Source of the DNA: a virus
Virus record (IMG/VR): IMGVR_UViG_3300027659_003120
Coordinates: 27,817 to 91,816 of that record
Strand: one strand, 5' to 3'
Length of the DNA stretch: 64,000 nt
A program made the position numbers and the translations under genes. Positions 9,460 to 19,689 of the stretch are shown here, in pieces. The notes under the pieces were generated by a model that made no database searches, was not told the origin of the DNA, and worked only from the letters and a program-made list of their open reading frames with translations. Numbering within the stretch: the stretch's first letter is position 1; every line of letters starts with the position of its first letter.

Positions 9460-11127
9460 TTGGCAATCAAGCTATTCGGTTTCACATTAGGTGAAAAAGA
9501 TATTGTTCAGAAACAAGCACCTGAACAATCTTCTTTTGCGCTTCCAACAGACACGTTGGATGACGGCGCAGTTACAATTACACAAAATTCTCATTACGGT
9601 ACCTATGTAGATTTAGAAGGTTCCGTTCGTAATGAATTGGAATTAATTACACGCTATCGTGAAATGGCAAATCATCCAGAGTGTGATATGGCAATCACTG
9701 AAATCGTTGATGAAGCAATTAGCCATGATGATAAAGGTAAAGTTGTTGACATTAAGATGGATGACTTAAAACAACCAGAAAGTATTAAGAAAAAAATAAG
9801 AGATGAATTTAAAAACATATTAGGTATGTTAAATTTTTCTAATTTATCAGATGATATTTTTAGACGCTGGTATGTTGACGGAAGAATTTACTTTCATATA
9901 ATTGTAAATGAAAAAAATCCTAAAGAAGGTATACAAGAATTAAGATACATTGACCCACGAAAAATTAGAAAAGTTCGTGAGATACAAAAAGGTAAAGATA
10001 TCAAAACAAATGCTGATATTATTAAATCGTTAGCAGAGTATTATGTTTATAATGATAAAATTAGTTCTACAAATAACTATTCAGCTGGTTCGGCTGGGTC
10101 TGTAAATTCCGGTTTAAAAATTGCTCCTGATTCCATTATAAATGTGACTTCTGGTATGATGGATGCAAAAAATACTTTTATCATTTCATACTTACATAAA
10201 GCAATAAAACCTTTAAATCAATTGCGTATGATTGAAGATGCAATTGTTATCTACCGAGTGTCAAGAGCACCAGAACGCAGAGTGTTTTATATAGATGTTG
10301 GCAATTTACCTAAAGGTAAAGCAGAACAATATCTACGTGATGTTATGATTAAGTATAAAAATAAAGTTGTGTATGATGCTCAAACTGGTGAATTGCGTGA
10401 TGACAGAAAACACATGTCAATGCTTGAAGATTTTTGGTTACCTCGTAGAGAAGGCGGTAAAGGCACAGAGATAACAACACTACCAGCCGGTCAAAATCTT
10501 GGTCAAATGGAAGATGTACAATACTTTCAAAAGAAATTATTACAATCATTAAATGTGCCATACTCTAGACTTGAACCTCAAGGCGGTGGATTAGTTGGAT
10601 TAGGAAGAACAACCGAAGTTACACGAGATGAATTAAAATTTAATAAATTTATTGTAAAGTTGCGTAATAAATTCTCTCAAATTTTTGACCATGCACTAAA
10701 AGTACAACTGTCTTTAAAAGGTATATGTTCTCAAGAAGAATGGGAAACTTTTAAAGAAGAAATATTTTATGATTACATAAAAGATAATAATTTTACAGAA
10801 TTACGAGATGCAGAATTACTAACTCAAAGATTGCAAACATTAACACTAATAGATCCATACGTTGGCAGATATTACTCACAAGAATGGGTAAATAAAAATG
10901 TTTTACATTTGACTGACGATGAATTAGAAGAAATGAAAAAACAAATAGATTCAGAGCCTGCGCCAGTTCAAGTTGGTCCTGACGGAAACCCAGTGGGTCA
11001 AGAACAAGCTACTCCGGAAGAATTTCCACCAGAAGATAATGTGACAGAAAAAGACACAACAGAATCCGAAACACCAGATTTAGATAATGTTGTACAAAAG
11101 TTTAGTAGAAAATTAATAAATAGATAA
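9460..11127 (+). CDS. gp20: portal protein gp20 (TTG start)
   Basis: RWYVDGR, RAPERRVFYIDVGNLPKGKAEQY, EDFWLPRREGGKGTEITTLP. Confidence 0.97.
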   Translation: MAIKLFGFTLGEKDIVQKQAPEQSSFALPTDTLDDGAVTITQNSHYGTYVDLEGSVRNELELITRYREMANHPECDMAITEIVDEAISHDDKGKVVDIKMDDLKQPESIKKKIRDEFKNILGMLNFSNLSDDIFRRWYVDGRIYFHIIVNEKNPKEGIQELRYIDPRKIRKVREIQKGKDIKTNADIIKSLAEYYVYNDKISSTNNYSAGSAGSVNSGLKIAPDSIINVTSGMMDAKNTFIISYLHKAIKPLNQLRMIEDAIVIYRVSRAPERRVFYIDVGNLPKGKAEQYLRDVMIKYKNKVVYDAQTGELRDDRKHMSMLEDFWLPRREGGKGTEITTLPAGQNLGQMEDVQYFQKKLLQSLNVPYSRLEPQGGGLVGLGRTTEVTRDELKFNKFIVKLRNKFSQIFDHALKVQLSLKGICSQEEWETFKEEIFYDYIKDNNFTELRDAELLTQRLQTLTLIDPYVGRYYSQEWVNKNVLHLTDDELEEMKKQIDSEPAPVQVGPDGNPVGQEQATPEEFPPEDNVTEKDTTESETPDLDNVVQKFSRKLINR

Positions 11128-11140
11128 TAAAAGGAATAAC

Positions 11141-11461
11141 ATGGACTCAAGACAATTTATAGATTTACTAGGAGCAGGAGAAAGTTCTGATGCTAAAGAC
11201 GCATTAGGAGAATTGATTTCGTCTACTGCATTTGAAGCATTAAATTCTAGAAAACAAGAAATTGCTTCTACACTTTTTGGCGGAAATCAACCAGAACCTG
11301 AAATGCAAGAAGAAGCTAATGAAGTAACGCCTGAACAAGGTAAAAAAATGATGGATAGTGATGACCCTAATGTGTATAATAAAATAAAGAAAATACCAAC
11401 ACCAATAGTTCCTAAGAAAAAAGTAACCGACCCAGAGCCTAATACAACAGTAACAAAATGA
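11141..11461 (+). CDS. prohead core protein, gp67-like
   Basis: Small acidic protein directly after portal; RKQEIASTLF; positional inference. Confidence 0.55.
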   Translation: MDSRQFIDLLGAGESSDAKDALGELISSTAFEALNSRKQEIASTLFGGNQPEPEMQEEANEVTPEQGKKMMDSDDPNVYNKIKKIPTPIVPKKKVTDPEPNTTVTK

Positions 11462-12165
11462 AATTATTATCTGAGTTTAAAAATTTAATTGAACTAGAAG
11501 AGAAACAAGATTTCTCTAAATTTGATGCACTTATTCGTGCTGGATTAGGTAATAAGGCGCAAATTCAAAGATTGCATACCATATTAGGAAAAATGTCGGA
11601 AGAAAAACCTAATTTTTCAGTAGCAGACCGAGCAATCATTCAAAACATTTTTAATAAAATGGTGGATTTAATTACAAATAATTCACAAATTTTTAGACAA
11701 ACTCGTAAAGCAGTTTCGGAAGAAATAGAAGAGCCAGAAATTATTAGTGAAGATGTACATAAAGAGCCACCTTTTATTTTATTACTGAAAAGAACTGCGG
11801 TAAGATTATATCCAGGTAATCTTAAAGTTGCAACATATCATAATCAAAAATTAGATAGAGATTTTGCAATACCATTTAAGACAACTGGTGCTGGAGATAT
11901 ACAATCAGAGGAAGTAGTTAACGAACAAGACATAGTAGAAAATGTAATGGACACTTTACATAAAATTGTAGATGGTAAATCTGCTCAGAAAGTTAAGTTC
12001 GCTACTGGCGAAACTCGTAAAGTTGACCAATATACAGCATCTGCAATAACACAAGTACATAAAGCACTTAATCCATTAAACAAAAAGAAATTTGCAGATA
12101 TGGTTCATAAATCACCTGGTCATTTTTCTAAAGCATCAGATTTTGCATTCAGTAAAGCAAAATGA
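11458..12165 (+). CDS. hypothetical head-module protein
   Basis: ATGA-coupled in head operon; MKLLSEFKNLIE leader and several I/V-x-E sites. Confidence 0.55.
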   Translation: MKLLSEFKNLIELEEKQDFSKFDALIRAGLGNKAQIQRLHTILGKMSEEKPNFSVADRAIIQNIFNKMVDLITNNSQIFRQTRKAVSEEIEEPEIISEDVHKEPPFILLLKRTAVRLYPGNLKVATYHNQKLDRDFAIPFKTTGAGDIQSEEVVNEQDIVENVMDTLHKIVDGKSAQKVKFATGETRKVDQYTASAITQVHKALNPLNKKKFADMVHKSPGHFSKASDFAFSKAK

Positions 12166-12593
12166 ATTTTATTAATTTATTAATTGAGCATAAATATAAT
12201 GAAGCAAAAGAAATAATTTATGCTCAATTGAATGAAATTTCTTCTAAGAAATTAGAGGAAATAAAACGCACTGTAGCAGCAGATATATATGAAGAAGTTG
12301 AAGTTGTAGATGAGGCTAATGTTCAAACTATAGGAAGAATTTCTAAAGTAAGAAGAAGAATAAGAAGAAATAAACAAGGAAGAATTGTACTTCAAAGAAA
12401 TATAAGAAAGTCTGCAATAAAAGGTTTTAGAATTTCTGGAAATACAGTTAAGCGTATATCTGCAATATCAAGAATAAAGAAATCTAGGAAATTAAAAAAG
12501 TATTGGAACACAAAAGGAAGAGCAAAGTTAACTAGAACATTACTAAGAAGAAAAATGTCTATGCGGCGCCGAACCTCAATAGGAATAAAATAA
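12162..12593 (+). CDS. basic prohead core protein, gp68-like
   Basis: Arg/Lys-rich C-terminal half ending RRKMSMRRR; position between portal and protease. Confidence 0.6.
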   Translation: MNFINLLIEHKYNEAKEIIYAQLNEISSKKLEEIKRTVAADIYEEVEVVDEANVQTIGRISKVRRRIRRNKQGRIVLQRNIRKSAIKGFRISGNTVKRISAISRIKKSRKLKKYWNTKGRAKLTRTLLRRKMSMRRRTSIGIK

Positions 12594-12594
12594 A

Positions 12595-12963
12595 ATGGCA
12601 TTTGAAATAACAAACCAATTAAGAAGCCCTAGTATTATTAGGGTAGAAGGTGCTTCAACCGTAAATGTTAATATAAGTCAATTATCTACAAACACTGCAT
12701 TAGAAACTGTAGTGTCTGCTAATATCAAACGCATCGCTTGGTCAACCGGCGGTAGCATAGTCGTTGGTAGACATGACGCAAGTAATACCTTAATAACTTT
12801 AGCCACATTATTTAATAGTGGGCAAATAAATTTTGATGAATTAGGTACTACTTTAGCCAATACTAATACAGGTAATGTTACAGTTACTATTAATACTAGC
12901 GGTACTGTTATATTAGAGGTGTCTAAAAATACAACTTATTCAACAGATTTGGACAGAACATAA
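12595..12963 (+). CDS. hypothetical virion protein
   Basis: Thr/Asn/Val-rich beta-type sequence just before gp21. Confidence 0.55.
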   Translation: MAFEITNQLRSPSIIRVEGASTVNVNISQLSTNTALETVVSANIKRIAWSTGGSIVVGRHDASNTLITLATLFNSGQINFDELGTTLANTNTGNVTVTINTSGTVILEVSKNTTYSTDLDRT

Positions 12964-12964
12964 A

Positions 12965-13615
12965 ATGAAACTGATTACAGAAACTATAGAAAACGTCAAA
13001 TACTTATTTGAAAAAACCGAAAGTGGAAAGAAAAATCTTTTCATTGAAGGTGTATTTCTTGTTGGCGAACAAGCCAATAAAAATCGTAGAGTATATAAAA
13101 TGAATACTCTACGAGAAGAAGTTAATCGTTACACAAATGAATACATAACAACCAATCGGGCATTAGGTGAGTTAGGTCATCCAGATACTCCATCAATTAA
13201 TCTTGAGAGAGTATCACATAAAATAATTTCATTAAAAGAAAACGGAAATGTATTCATAGGAAAAGCGCAAATTTTAGAAACTCCATATGGCAACATTGTA
13301 AAAAACTTCATTGATTCTGGTGTCAGTCTTGGTGTTTCTTCTAGAGGTATGGGTTCTTTAATTCCAGGAGAAGATGGAATTAACATTGTAGGCGAAGATT
13401 TTCGTTTAGCAACTGCGGCGGACATTGTTGCGGACCCATCTGCACCAGGTGCTTTTATAAATGGTATCATGGAAAACAAAGAATGGTTATTCGTTGAAGG
13501 TCGTTTTGTAGAAATTGATATTGATAGAACGAAACGAGAGATTCAGAAAGCCCCAAGAAAAGAAGTTGAAAAAGTAGCCGCACGGCTCTTTGAAAATTTT
13601 CTATCAAAACTTTAA
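12965..13615 (+). CDS. gp21: prohead core protease gp21
   Basis: MKLITE, RALGELGHP, GVSSRGMGSL, DIVADPSAPGAF. Confidence 0.96.
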   Translation: MKLITETIENVKYLFEKTESGKKNLFIEGVFLVGEQANKNRRVYKMNTLREEVNRYTNEYITTNRALGELGHPDTPSINLERVSHKIISLKENGNVFIGKAQILETPYGNIVKNFIDSGVSLGVSSRGMGSLIPGEDGINIVGEDFRLATAADIVADPSAPGAFINGIMENKEWLFVEGRFVEIDIDRTKREIQKAPRKEVEKVAARLFENFLSKL

Positions 13616-13619
13616 TTTT

Positions 13620-13627
13620 TATAAATA
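13620..13627 (+). promoter_or_regulatory. late promoter TATAAATA
   Basis: Exact consensus upstream of gp22. Confidence 0.85.
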
Positions 13628-13651
13628 AATATACACAAAAGGAGATTCCTA

Positions 13652-14623
13652 ATGGCTACAAATAAACTTTTAGAGGCGGCTGCTGAAATTCTTGCATCAG
13701 GCAAGGGTAAAAATGCTATGCCTCCAGAAAAGCTACCTGCAGAAATACATGATGCCGGCGGTCCAACACCAGAAAATGCTAAACCGGATGATGATTCTCA
13801 CAAAATTACGCCGTCAACAAAAAGCGCAACCGCTCCTACAACTCATTCAACTAAAAAAGAAGAAGTTGAAGAAGAAGAATATGAATTAGATTTATCTGAA
13901 GATATTAATTCTTTATTCTCAGATGATGATACAATTTCTGAAGAATTTAAACAAAAAGTTACTACAATTTTTGAAGCTCGTGTCTATGACCGTGTTAAAC
14001 AAATTGAAGAAAACATTGAAGAACAATATGCGTCCATGCTAGAAGAAGCCGTGGAAACAGTTAAAGAAGACTTAACCGAAAAAGTAAATGATTACATTTC
14101 TTATGTGGTTGAGCAATGGATGTCCGATAATGAAATCGCAATAGAAAAAGGAATTCGTTCCGAATTAACTGAAGATTTTATTTCTGGACTCCGTAATTTA
14201 TTTGCAGAACACTATATTGATGTTCCTACAGATAAAGTAGATTTAGTTGATGAGTTGTCTAGTAAAGTTGATGAACTTGAAGATAAACTCAACGAAGAAG
14301 TAGAACGCTCAGTAGAATATCGTAAAGCTCTTACTGAAGCCTATAAAAATGAAGTTACCCGAGATGTGTGTGAAGGTTTAACAGATACACAAGTTGAAAA
14401 AATTAAAACACTCGCAGAGAGTGTGGATTTTTCTACAGAGGAAGAATACCAAGAAAAACTTGTAACTATCCGCGAAAATTATTTCCCATCTGGAGTAAAA
14501 AAGGCAGACGAAGCCCTACTTCACGAACAAGTAATTGACAATGGACAAGAAGAAATTAAACAGTCTAATGACCCATTCATTAATTCCATTGTTCAGTCAA
14601 TTTCAAAAACAAACAGATTTTAA
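13652..14623 (+). CDS. gp22: prohead core scaffold gp22
   Basis: SEEFKQKVTTIFEA, LFAEHYIDVP, IRENYF; acidic coiled coil. Confidence 0.94.
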   Translation: MATNKLLEAAAEILASGKGKNAMPPEKLPAEIHDAGGPTPENAKPDDDSHKITPSTKSATAPTTHSTKKEEVEEEEYELDLSEDINSLFSDDDTISEEFKQKVTTIFEARVYDRVKQIEENIEEQYASMLEEAVETVKEDLTEKVNDYISYVVEQWMSDNEIAIEKGIRSELTEDFISGLRNLFAEHYIDVPTDKVDLVDELSSKVDELEDKLNEEVERSVEYRKALTEAYKNEVTRDVCEGLTDTQVEKIKTLAESVDFSTEEEYQEKLVTIRENYFPSGVKKADEALLHEQVIDNGQEEIKQSNDPFINSIVQSISKTNRF

Positions 14624-14643
14624 TTAAACCAAGGAGACTCTAA

Positions 14644-15972
14644 ATGTATCTTTCCGAAGACCTACAAAAAAAATGGGCACCTGTTCTAGAACACAGTGAC
14701 CTTCCAAAAATTACTGATCCATACCGTCGTGCAGTTACTGCATTGGTGTTGGAAAATCAACAAACAGCTATGTTGAAAGAAGCTGGAATCAATGAAGTAG
14801 CAACTAATGCTGCAGGCACAGGTGGTTTTGGCGGTGGTGCTACTGCCACAGGCCCTGTTGCCGGTTTTGACCCAATTCTTATCAGTTTGGTTCGCCGTTC
14901 TTTACCTAATCTTATTGCATATGATGTTTGCGGTGTTCAGCCAATGACTGGACCTACAGGCATGATTTTTGCAATGCGTTCAATGTATGGTACTGACCGT
15001 GTGCCTTCAACAGGTACAGAAGCCTTCTACAACGAAGCTAATACAAACTTTTCTGCTGCTGGTGCTGCTCTTAACCAACAAACATTTGGATTAAAAGCAA
15101 GTACATCCGATCGTCTATATGGCGTTTTTGATGCTAACACATCTACAGGACTTGTAACAGCTTCTGGTGAAGGTGACGCATTCCAAGAAATGGGTTTCTC
15201 AATTGAGAAAGTTACTGTTACTGCTAAAACTCGTCAGTTAAAAGCAGAATACACAATGGAACTTGCACAAGACTTGAAAGCAGTTCACGGATTAGATGCA
15301 GAAACTGAATTAAGTAATATTCTTTCTACAGAAATTCTTGCTGAAATTAATCGTGAAATTTTACGCACAATTTACACTGTTGCTAAAGTTGGTTGCAAAG
15401 TTGGCACAACAACAGTTGGTACTTTTGACCTTGATACAGATTCCAATGGTCGTTGGATGGTTGAAAAAGTTAAAGGTCTTGCTTTCCAAATTGAACGTGA
15501 AGCAAATGCCATCGCTAAATTGACACGGCGCGGTAAAGGTAATGTGCTAATCTGTTCTTCTGATGTGGCTTCTGCTCTTGCAATGGCAGGCATTTTAGAT
15601 TACAGTTCTGGCATGGCAGCAGCAGTTAACTTAACTGTAGATGATACAGGTAATACTTTTGCTGGTACATTGTTCGGTAGAATTAAAGTGTATGTTGATC
15701 CTTATTTTGCAGTTGCTAGTTCGTCAGAATTCGCTGTACTAGGGTACAAAGGTACAAACGCATATGATGCAGGTTTGTTCTATTGCCCATACGTTCCATT
15801 ACAAATGGTTCGTGCAGTTGATACTACTACTTTTGCACCAAAAATTGGTTTCAAAACACGTTATGGCATTGTTGCTAATCCATTCGCAGAAGGTACCGCA
15901 CAAGGTGCTGGCGCATTGAATCCAGCTGCAAGCATGTACTACAGAGCATTCAAAATCTCTAATATCATGTAA
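14644..15972 (+). CDS. gp23: major capsid protein gp23
   Basis: DPILISLVRR, CGVQPMTGPTG, LKAEYTMELAQDLKAVHGLDAE, YCPYVPLQ, IGFKTRYG. Confidence 0.98.
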   Translation: MYLSEDLQKKWAPVLEHSDLPKITDPYRRAVTALVLENQQTAMLKEAGINEVATNAAGTGGFGGGATATGPVAGFDPILISLVRRSLPNLIAYDVCGVQPMTGPTGMIFAMRSMYGTDRVPSTGTEAFYNEANTNFSAAGAALNQQTFGLKASTSDRLYGVFDANTSTGLVTASGEGDAFQEMGFSIEKVTVTAKTRQLKAEYTMELAQDLKAVHGLDAETELSNILSTEILAEINREILRTIYTVAKVGCKVGTTTVGTFDLDTDSNGRWMVEKVKGLAFQIEREANAIAKLTRRGKGNVLICSSDVASALAMAGILDYSSGMAAAVNLTVDDTGNTFAGTLFGRIKVYVDPYFAVASSSEFAVLGYKGTNAYDAGLFYCPYVPLQMVRAVDTTTFAPKIGFKTRYGIVANPFAEGTAQGAGALNPAASMYYRAFKISNIM

Positions 15973-16001
15973 GCTTAACCCTCCTTAAAGAGAGGGATTT
16001 T

Positions 16002-16035
16002 AAAAGAGGAGTTCTCACGGGCTCCTCTTTTTTTT
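16002..16035 (+). terminator. intrinsic terminator after gp23
   Basis: AAAAGAGGAGTTC-TCAC-GGGCTCCTCTTTT hairpin plus T run; same TCAC loop as the gp19 terminator. Confidence 0.85.
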
Positions 16036-16038
16036 GTG

Positions 16039-16046
16039 TATAAATA
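16039..16046 (+). promoter_or_regulatory. late promoter TATAAATA
   Basis: Exact consensus 5 nt before gp3 ATG. Confidence 0.8.
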
Positions 16047-16051
16047 TTCAT

Positions 16052-16588
16052 ATGGCAAATACAGCAATAATAACACCGTCAAATCAGAATTTTTTACACC
16101 CAAATAAGTTTCAATTAACTTTTTCTCGGGTACCAAATATTCAATATTTTTGTCAAGCAGTAACAGTGCCTGGTATTTCTATGGGCGAAATACCAGTGGC
16201 TACACCATTCGTTGAAAAATATTCTCCTGGTGAAAAAGCAATCTATGATATGCTTAATGTAACTTTTGCTATTGATGAAGAGATGCAATCTTGGATTGAA
16301 ATTCATAACTGGATTCGTGCTATGACTTTTCCAGAAAGTTATGAACAATATCAAGAATTACCAAGACTCGCAAGAAATATTGGTAATCCAAAAACACCAC
16401 AATTTTCTGATGCAACACTTACAGTATATTCGTCTGCATATACTCCTCTGTATAGGTTTAAATTTGTTGATGTATTTCCCACATCATTAGCATCATTTAT
16501 ACTAGCAACACAAGATTCACCGGATAGTATTTTAACATCCGATGCAACATTCAGATTTACCTACTATCATATTGACAAATTATTCTAA
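16052..16588 (+). CDS. gp3: tail completion / tube terminator gp3
   Basis: NFLHPNKF, YFCQAVTVPG, WIEIHNWI, FSDATL; follows gp23 as in marine T4-likes. Confidence 0.88.
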   Translation: MANTAIITPSNQNFLHPNKFQLTFSRVPNIQYFCQAVTVPGISMGEIPVATPFVEKYSPGEKAIYDMLNVTFAIDEEMQSWIEIHNWIRAMTFPESYEQYQELPRLARNIGNPKTPQFSDATLTVYSSAYTPLYRFKFVDVFPTSLASFILATQDSPDSILTSDATFRFTYYHIDKLF

Positions 16589-16600
16589 ATGATGTATACT
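16572..16600 (+). promoter_or_regulatory. sigma70 promoter for uvsY
   Basis: TTGACA-17-TATACT. Confidence 0.75.
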
Positions 16601-16619
16601 CCATGTAGGAGGATTTAAT

Positions 16620-17054
16620 ATGACTAAAATTGATGATTTATTAAGTGAATGGGCTACAGACTCTAAAATAGACAGAACAGAGCCTGGAAAAGCACTAATT
16701 GATATTCCAAAACTTCACAGTAAGTATTTGAATATTCTATCAAGAAATAAGTTGCTATGTAAAGAATCTGAATTCAAATATTCCAAAATGAAAAAGATTA
16801 AATGGGAATATTACACAGGTAAAATGGGTGATGATGATTTAAAAAAATATGGTTGGAATGCATTTCCATTTACCATCAAATCAGAAATATCTATTTTTAT
16901 GGAATCAGATGATGACCTTAATAAACTTATAGCAAGTAAAATGATTTATGAAGAAGTTGTTAGTTGTTGCGAATTGATAATGAAAGAGTTGCATAGTAGA
17001 ACTTTTCAATTAAAAACATTTGTAGATTGGGAAAAATTTATTCAAGGTATCTAA
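16620..17054 (+). CDS. uvsY: recombination mediator UvsY
   Basis: IPKLHSKYL, KWEYYTGK, DWEKFIQG. Confidence 0.93.
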   Translation: MTKIDDLLSEWATDSKIDRTEPGKALIDIPKLHSKYLNILSRNKLLCKESEFKYSKMKKIKWEYYTGKMGDDDLKKYGWNAFPFTIKSEISIFMESDDDLNKLIASKMIYEEVVSCCELIMKELHSRTFQLKTFVDWEKFIQGI

Positions 17055-18517
17055 TGGACAATATAATTATTAGTAAGGTGAACGAAGCTTATATAAAAAT
17101 AGATTGCGAAAAAAGTATTGCACAAGAACTTTCGGATCATTTTACTTTTTATGTTCCGGGGTACCAATTTGTACCCTCATATAAAAATAGGTTGTGGGAC
17201 GGAAAAATTAGGTTGATGGATTTACGAACTAATTTTTTGTATTATGGATTAATTCCATATATAAAAGCATTTTGTGAAACCAGAAATTATAATATATTTT
17301 TTGAACCTGATGTTAACCTCACTAATAATTTCTCTATTAAAGAATCCCTAGAATTTGTAGAAACATTAAATTTGCCATTAGTGCCAAGAGATTATCAATT
17401 AGAGGCATTTGTTCATGCGATACGGAATAAGCGAACACTTCTACTATCGCCAACAGCATCAGGAAAATCTTTAATAATCTATTTGATTCTGCGTAAAATT
17501 CAAAGCGAGACTAGCAAAAAAGGACTATTGATTGTTCCAACTACATCATTGGTGCAACAGATGTATTCTGATTTTCAATCTTATGGTTATGATTCGGAAC
17601 AATACTGCCATCAGCAATATGCAGGTAAAGATAAAACTACAGATAAATTTTTAACTATCAGTACATGGCAATCAGTATACACTAGAGATAAAGAATATTT
17701 TGAACAATTTGATTTTGTTTTTGGAGATGAGGCGCATCAATTCAAGGCAAAATCATTAGGCACTATTATGACAGGTTTAACTAATACTGAATTTCGTATT
17801 GGTTGTACAGGTACCCTGGATGGCACTCAAACTCATAAATTAGTATTAGAAGGATTATTTGGTCCTGTATTCAAAGTAACAACAACCAAAGAGTTGATTG
17901 ATAATAAACAATTGACAGATTTTAAAATCAAATGTTTAGTATTAAAATATCCAGAAGTTATTTGCAAATTATCCAAGTCTTGGGACTATCAAGCAGAAAT
18001 TGATTACATAGTTCAAAATACGCAAAGAAATACTTTTATTAAAAATCTAGCATTGTCACTAAAAGGAAATTCTCTAATACTTTTTCAATTGGTACAAAAG
18101 CAAGGTAAAGAATTATATAAAATTATTGATTCTGAAAAAAATAATCGCAAAGTTTTCTTTGTGTATGGTGCCACTGATGTTGAAACTAGAGAATCTATTC
18201 GTGCGATTACAGAAAAAGAAACAGATGCAATTATAGTTGCTTCATATGGAACTTTTGCTACCGGGATAAATATAAGAAATCTACATAATGTAGTCTTTGC
18301 TTCACCCTCAAAATCACGAATAAGAAATTTACAATCAATAGGTCGTGGTTTACGAATAGGTGAAAATAAAACTCAATGTATCTTATTTGATATATCTGAT
18401 GATTTCAGAGTAGGAAAACATACTAATTTTACTCTCAAACATTTAGTTGAGCGTTTAAAAATATATGACTCGGAAAACTTTGTATATAAATTATATAATA
18501 TAGATTTAAAAATATAA
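17054..18517 (+). CDS. uvsW: SF2 helicase UvsW
   Basis: WDGKIRL, SPTASGKS, DEAH, QSIGRGLR; TAATG coupling to uvsY. Confidence 0.95.
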   Translation: MDNIIISKVNEAYIKIDCEKSIAQELSDHFTFYVPGYQFVPSYKNRLWDGKIRLMDLRTNFLYYGLIPYIKAFCETRNYNIFFEPDVNLTNNFSIKESLEFVETLNLPLVPRDYQLEAFVHAIRNKRTLLLSPTASGKSLIIYLILRKIQSETSKKGLLIVPTTSLVQQMYSDFQSYGYDSEQYCHQQYAGKDKTTDKFLTISTWQSVYTRDKEYFEQFDFVFGDEAHQFKAKSLGTIMTGLTNTEFRIGCTGTLDGTQTHKLVLEGLFGPVFKVTTTKELIDNKQLTDFKIKCLVLKYPEVICKLSKSWDYQAEIDYIVQNTQRNTFIKNLALSLKGNSLILFQLVQKQGKELYKIIDSEKNNRKVFFVYGATDVETRESIRAITEKETDAIIVASYGTFATGINIRNLHNVVFASPSKSRIRNLQSIGRGLRIGENKTQCILFDISDDFRVGKHTNFTLKHLVERLKIYDSENFVYKLYNIDLKI

Positions 18518-18524
18518 AAAAAGC

Positions 18525-18553
18525 TTTACTTTTTTCTGAAAGTGTGTTATAAT
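18525..18553 (+). promoter_or_regulatory. sigma70 promoter (extended -10)
   Basis: TTTACT-17-TATAAT with TGn. Confidence 0.7.
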
Positions 18554-18582
18554 GATGTTGCTCACAATAGGAGATATAACAA

Positions 18583-19017
18583 ATGCAAGAAGAAATTAAA
18601 ATTATAAGATTAAATGATGGAGAGGATATTATATCTTCTTACCATGTAGATGAGTCTGATGAAGGCTTAATAGTCAATAATCCAATGACTCTCTTCTTTA
18701 AGAGGTTAGGCTCTACTCGGTCTGTTGTTATGATGGCACCATGGTTACCAATTGAACTAATATGTAATACATCTACAAGAATAAATAATAGTCAAATTTT
18801 AACTATAATGGAACCTAGGAAATCACTTATAGAATATTACCTTAATGCTGTGAATAATATCACAGAAAATATACGAATGAATGAAGACTCTATAGATGAA
18901 TCTTTACTGGACAATAATCATCAAGAAGATGATGATTTGGATGAAGAAGACTCTATAGAAGAGGATGTAGAAATACATAAGCTTCTAGAAGGTACATCTA
19001 AAGTAACATTACATTGA
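18583..19017 (+). CDS. hypothetical protein (Sm-like N-terminus, acidic tail)
   Basis: IKIIRLNDGEDII, MAPWLP; AGGAG SD; typical occupant between uvsW and gp55. Confidence 0.7.
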   Translation: MQEEIKIIRLNDGEDIISSYHVDESDEGLIVNNPMTLFFKRLGSTRSVVMMAPWLPIELICNTSTRINNSQILTIMEPRKSLIEYYLNAVNNITENIRMNEDSIDESLLDNNHQEDDDLDEEDSIEEDVEIHKLLEGTSKVTLH

Positions 19018-19038
19018 TACTTAACGAACCCACAAGGC

Positions 19039-19067
19039 ATTATACTATGAACAAAAAATCTTGTCAA
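19039..19067 (-). promoter_or_regulatory. antisense sigma70 promoter upstream of gp55
   Basis: Reverse complement reads TTGACA-17-TATAAT (tgtcaa 19062-19067; attata 19039-19044). Confidence 0.7.
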
Positions 19068-19089
19068 GTCTTTTTTTAGGAAATATTGA

Positions 19090-19689
19090 ATGAAACCAAA
19101 ACACTATGTTAATAATACCGATTTTCTAAATGCTCTAATAGAGTATAAATTGGTATGCAAAAAAGCAGAGATGGAAAATACGACTGAACCTCTTATACCA
19201 AATTATATTGGTGAGTGTTTTCTTAAAATTGCTAACCATCTCTCACGAAAACCTAATTTTGTACTCTACTCATTTAGGGAAGAAATGGTAGGAGATGGAA
19301 TTGAAAATTGTATTATGTATTTTAGAAATTTTGATCCAATAAAATCTTCTAATCCATTTGCTTATTTTACCCAAATTATTTACTTTGCTTTTTTGCGTAG
19401 AATACAGAAAGAGAAGAAACAGATGTATGTAAAATATAAAGCAACTGAACAGTCTAGTATACTCCATGACGGTGAGTATTATGAAGACGTAGAAGGTAAT
19501 ATGAAACAATTTGCACTGTATGACAATCTATCCGAATTCATCCAAACATATGAGGCAAAAAGAAATGAGAAAAAAATAACAAAACTAAAAGTTCTTGATA
19601 AATTTTTAGAAGATAGTTTACCAGAAATTCTTAACGAATCGCTTGACAACACCCAAAAAACGGAGTATAATGATGCTAGTGCTACCTGA
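19090..19689 (+). CDS. gp55: late-transcription sigma factor gp55
   Basis: HYVNN, YIGECFLKIA, DGIENC, NPFAYFTQIIYFAFLRRIQKEKKQ. Confidence 0.96.
   Translation: MKPKHYVNNTDFLNALIEYKLVCKKAEMENTTEPLIPNYIGECFLKIANHLSRKPNFVLYSFREEMVGDGIENCIMYFRNFDPIKSSNPFAYFTQIIYFAFLRRIQKEKKQMYVKYKATEQSSILHDGEYYEDVEGNMKQFALYDNLSEFIQTYEAKRNEKKITKLKVLDKFLEDSLPEILNESLDNTQKTEYNDASAT
19643..19671 (+). promoter_or_regulatory. sigma70 promoter inside 3' end of gp55
   Basis: TTGACA-17-TATAAT perfect consensus. Confidence 0.75.
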
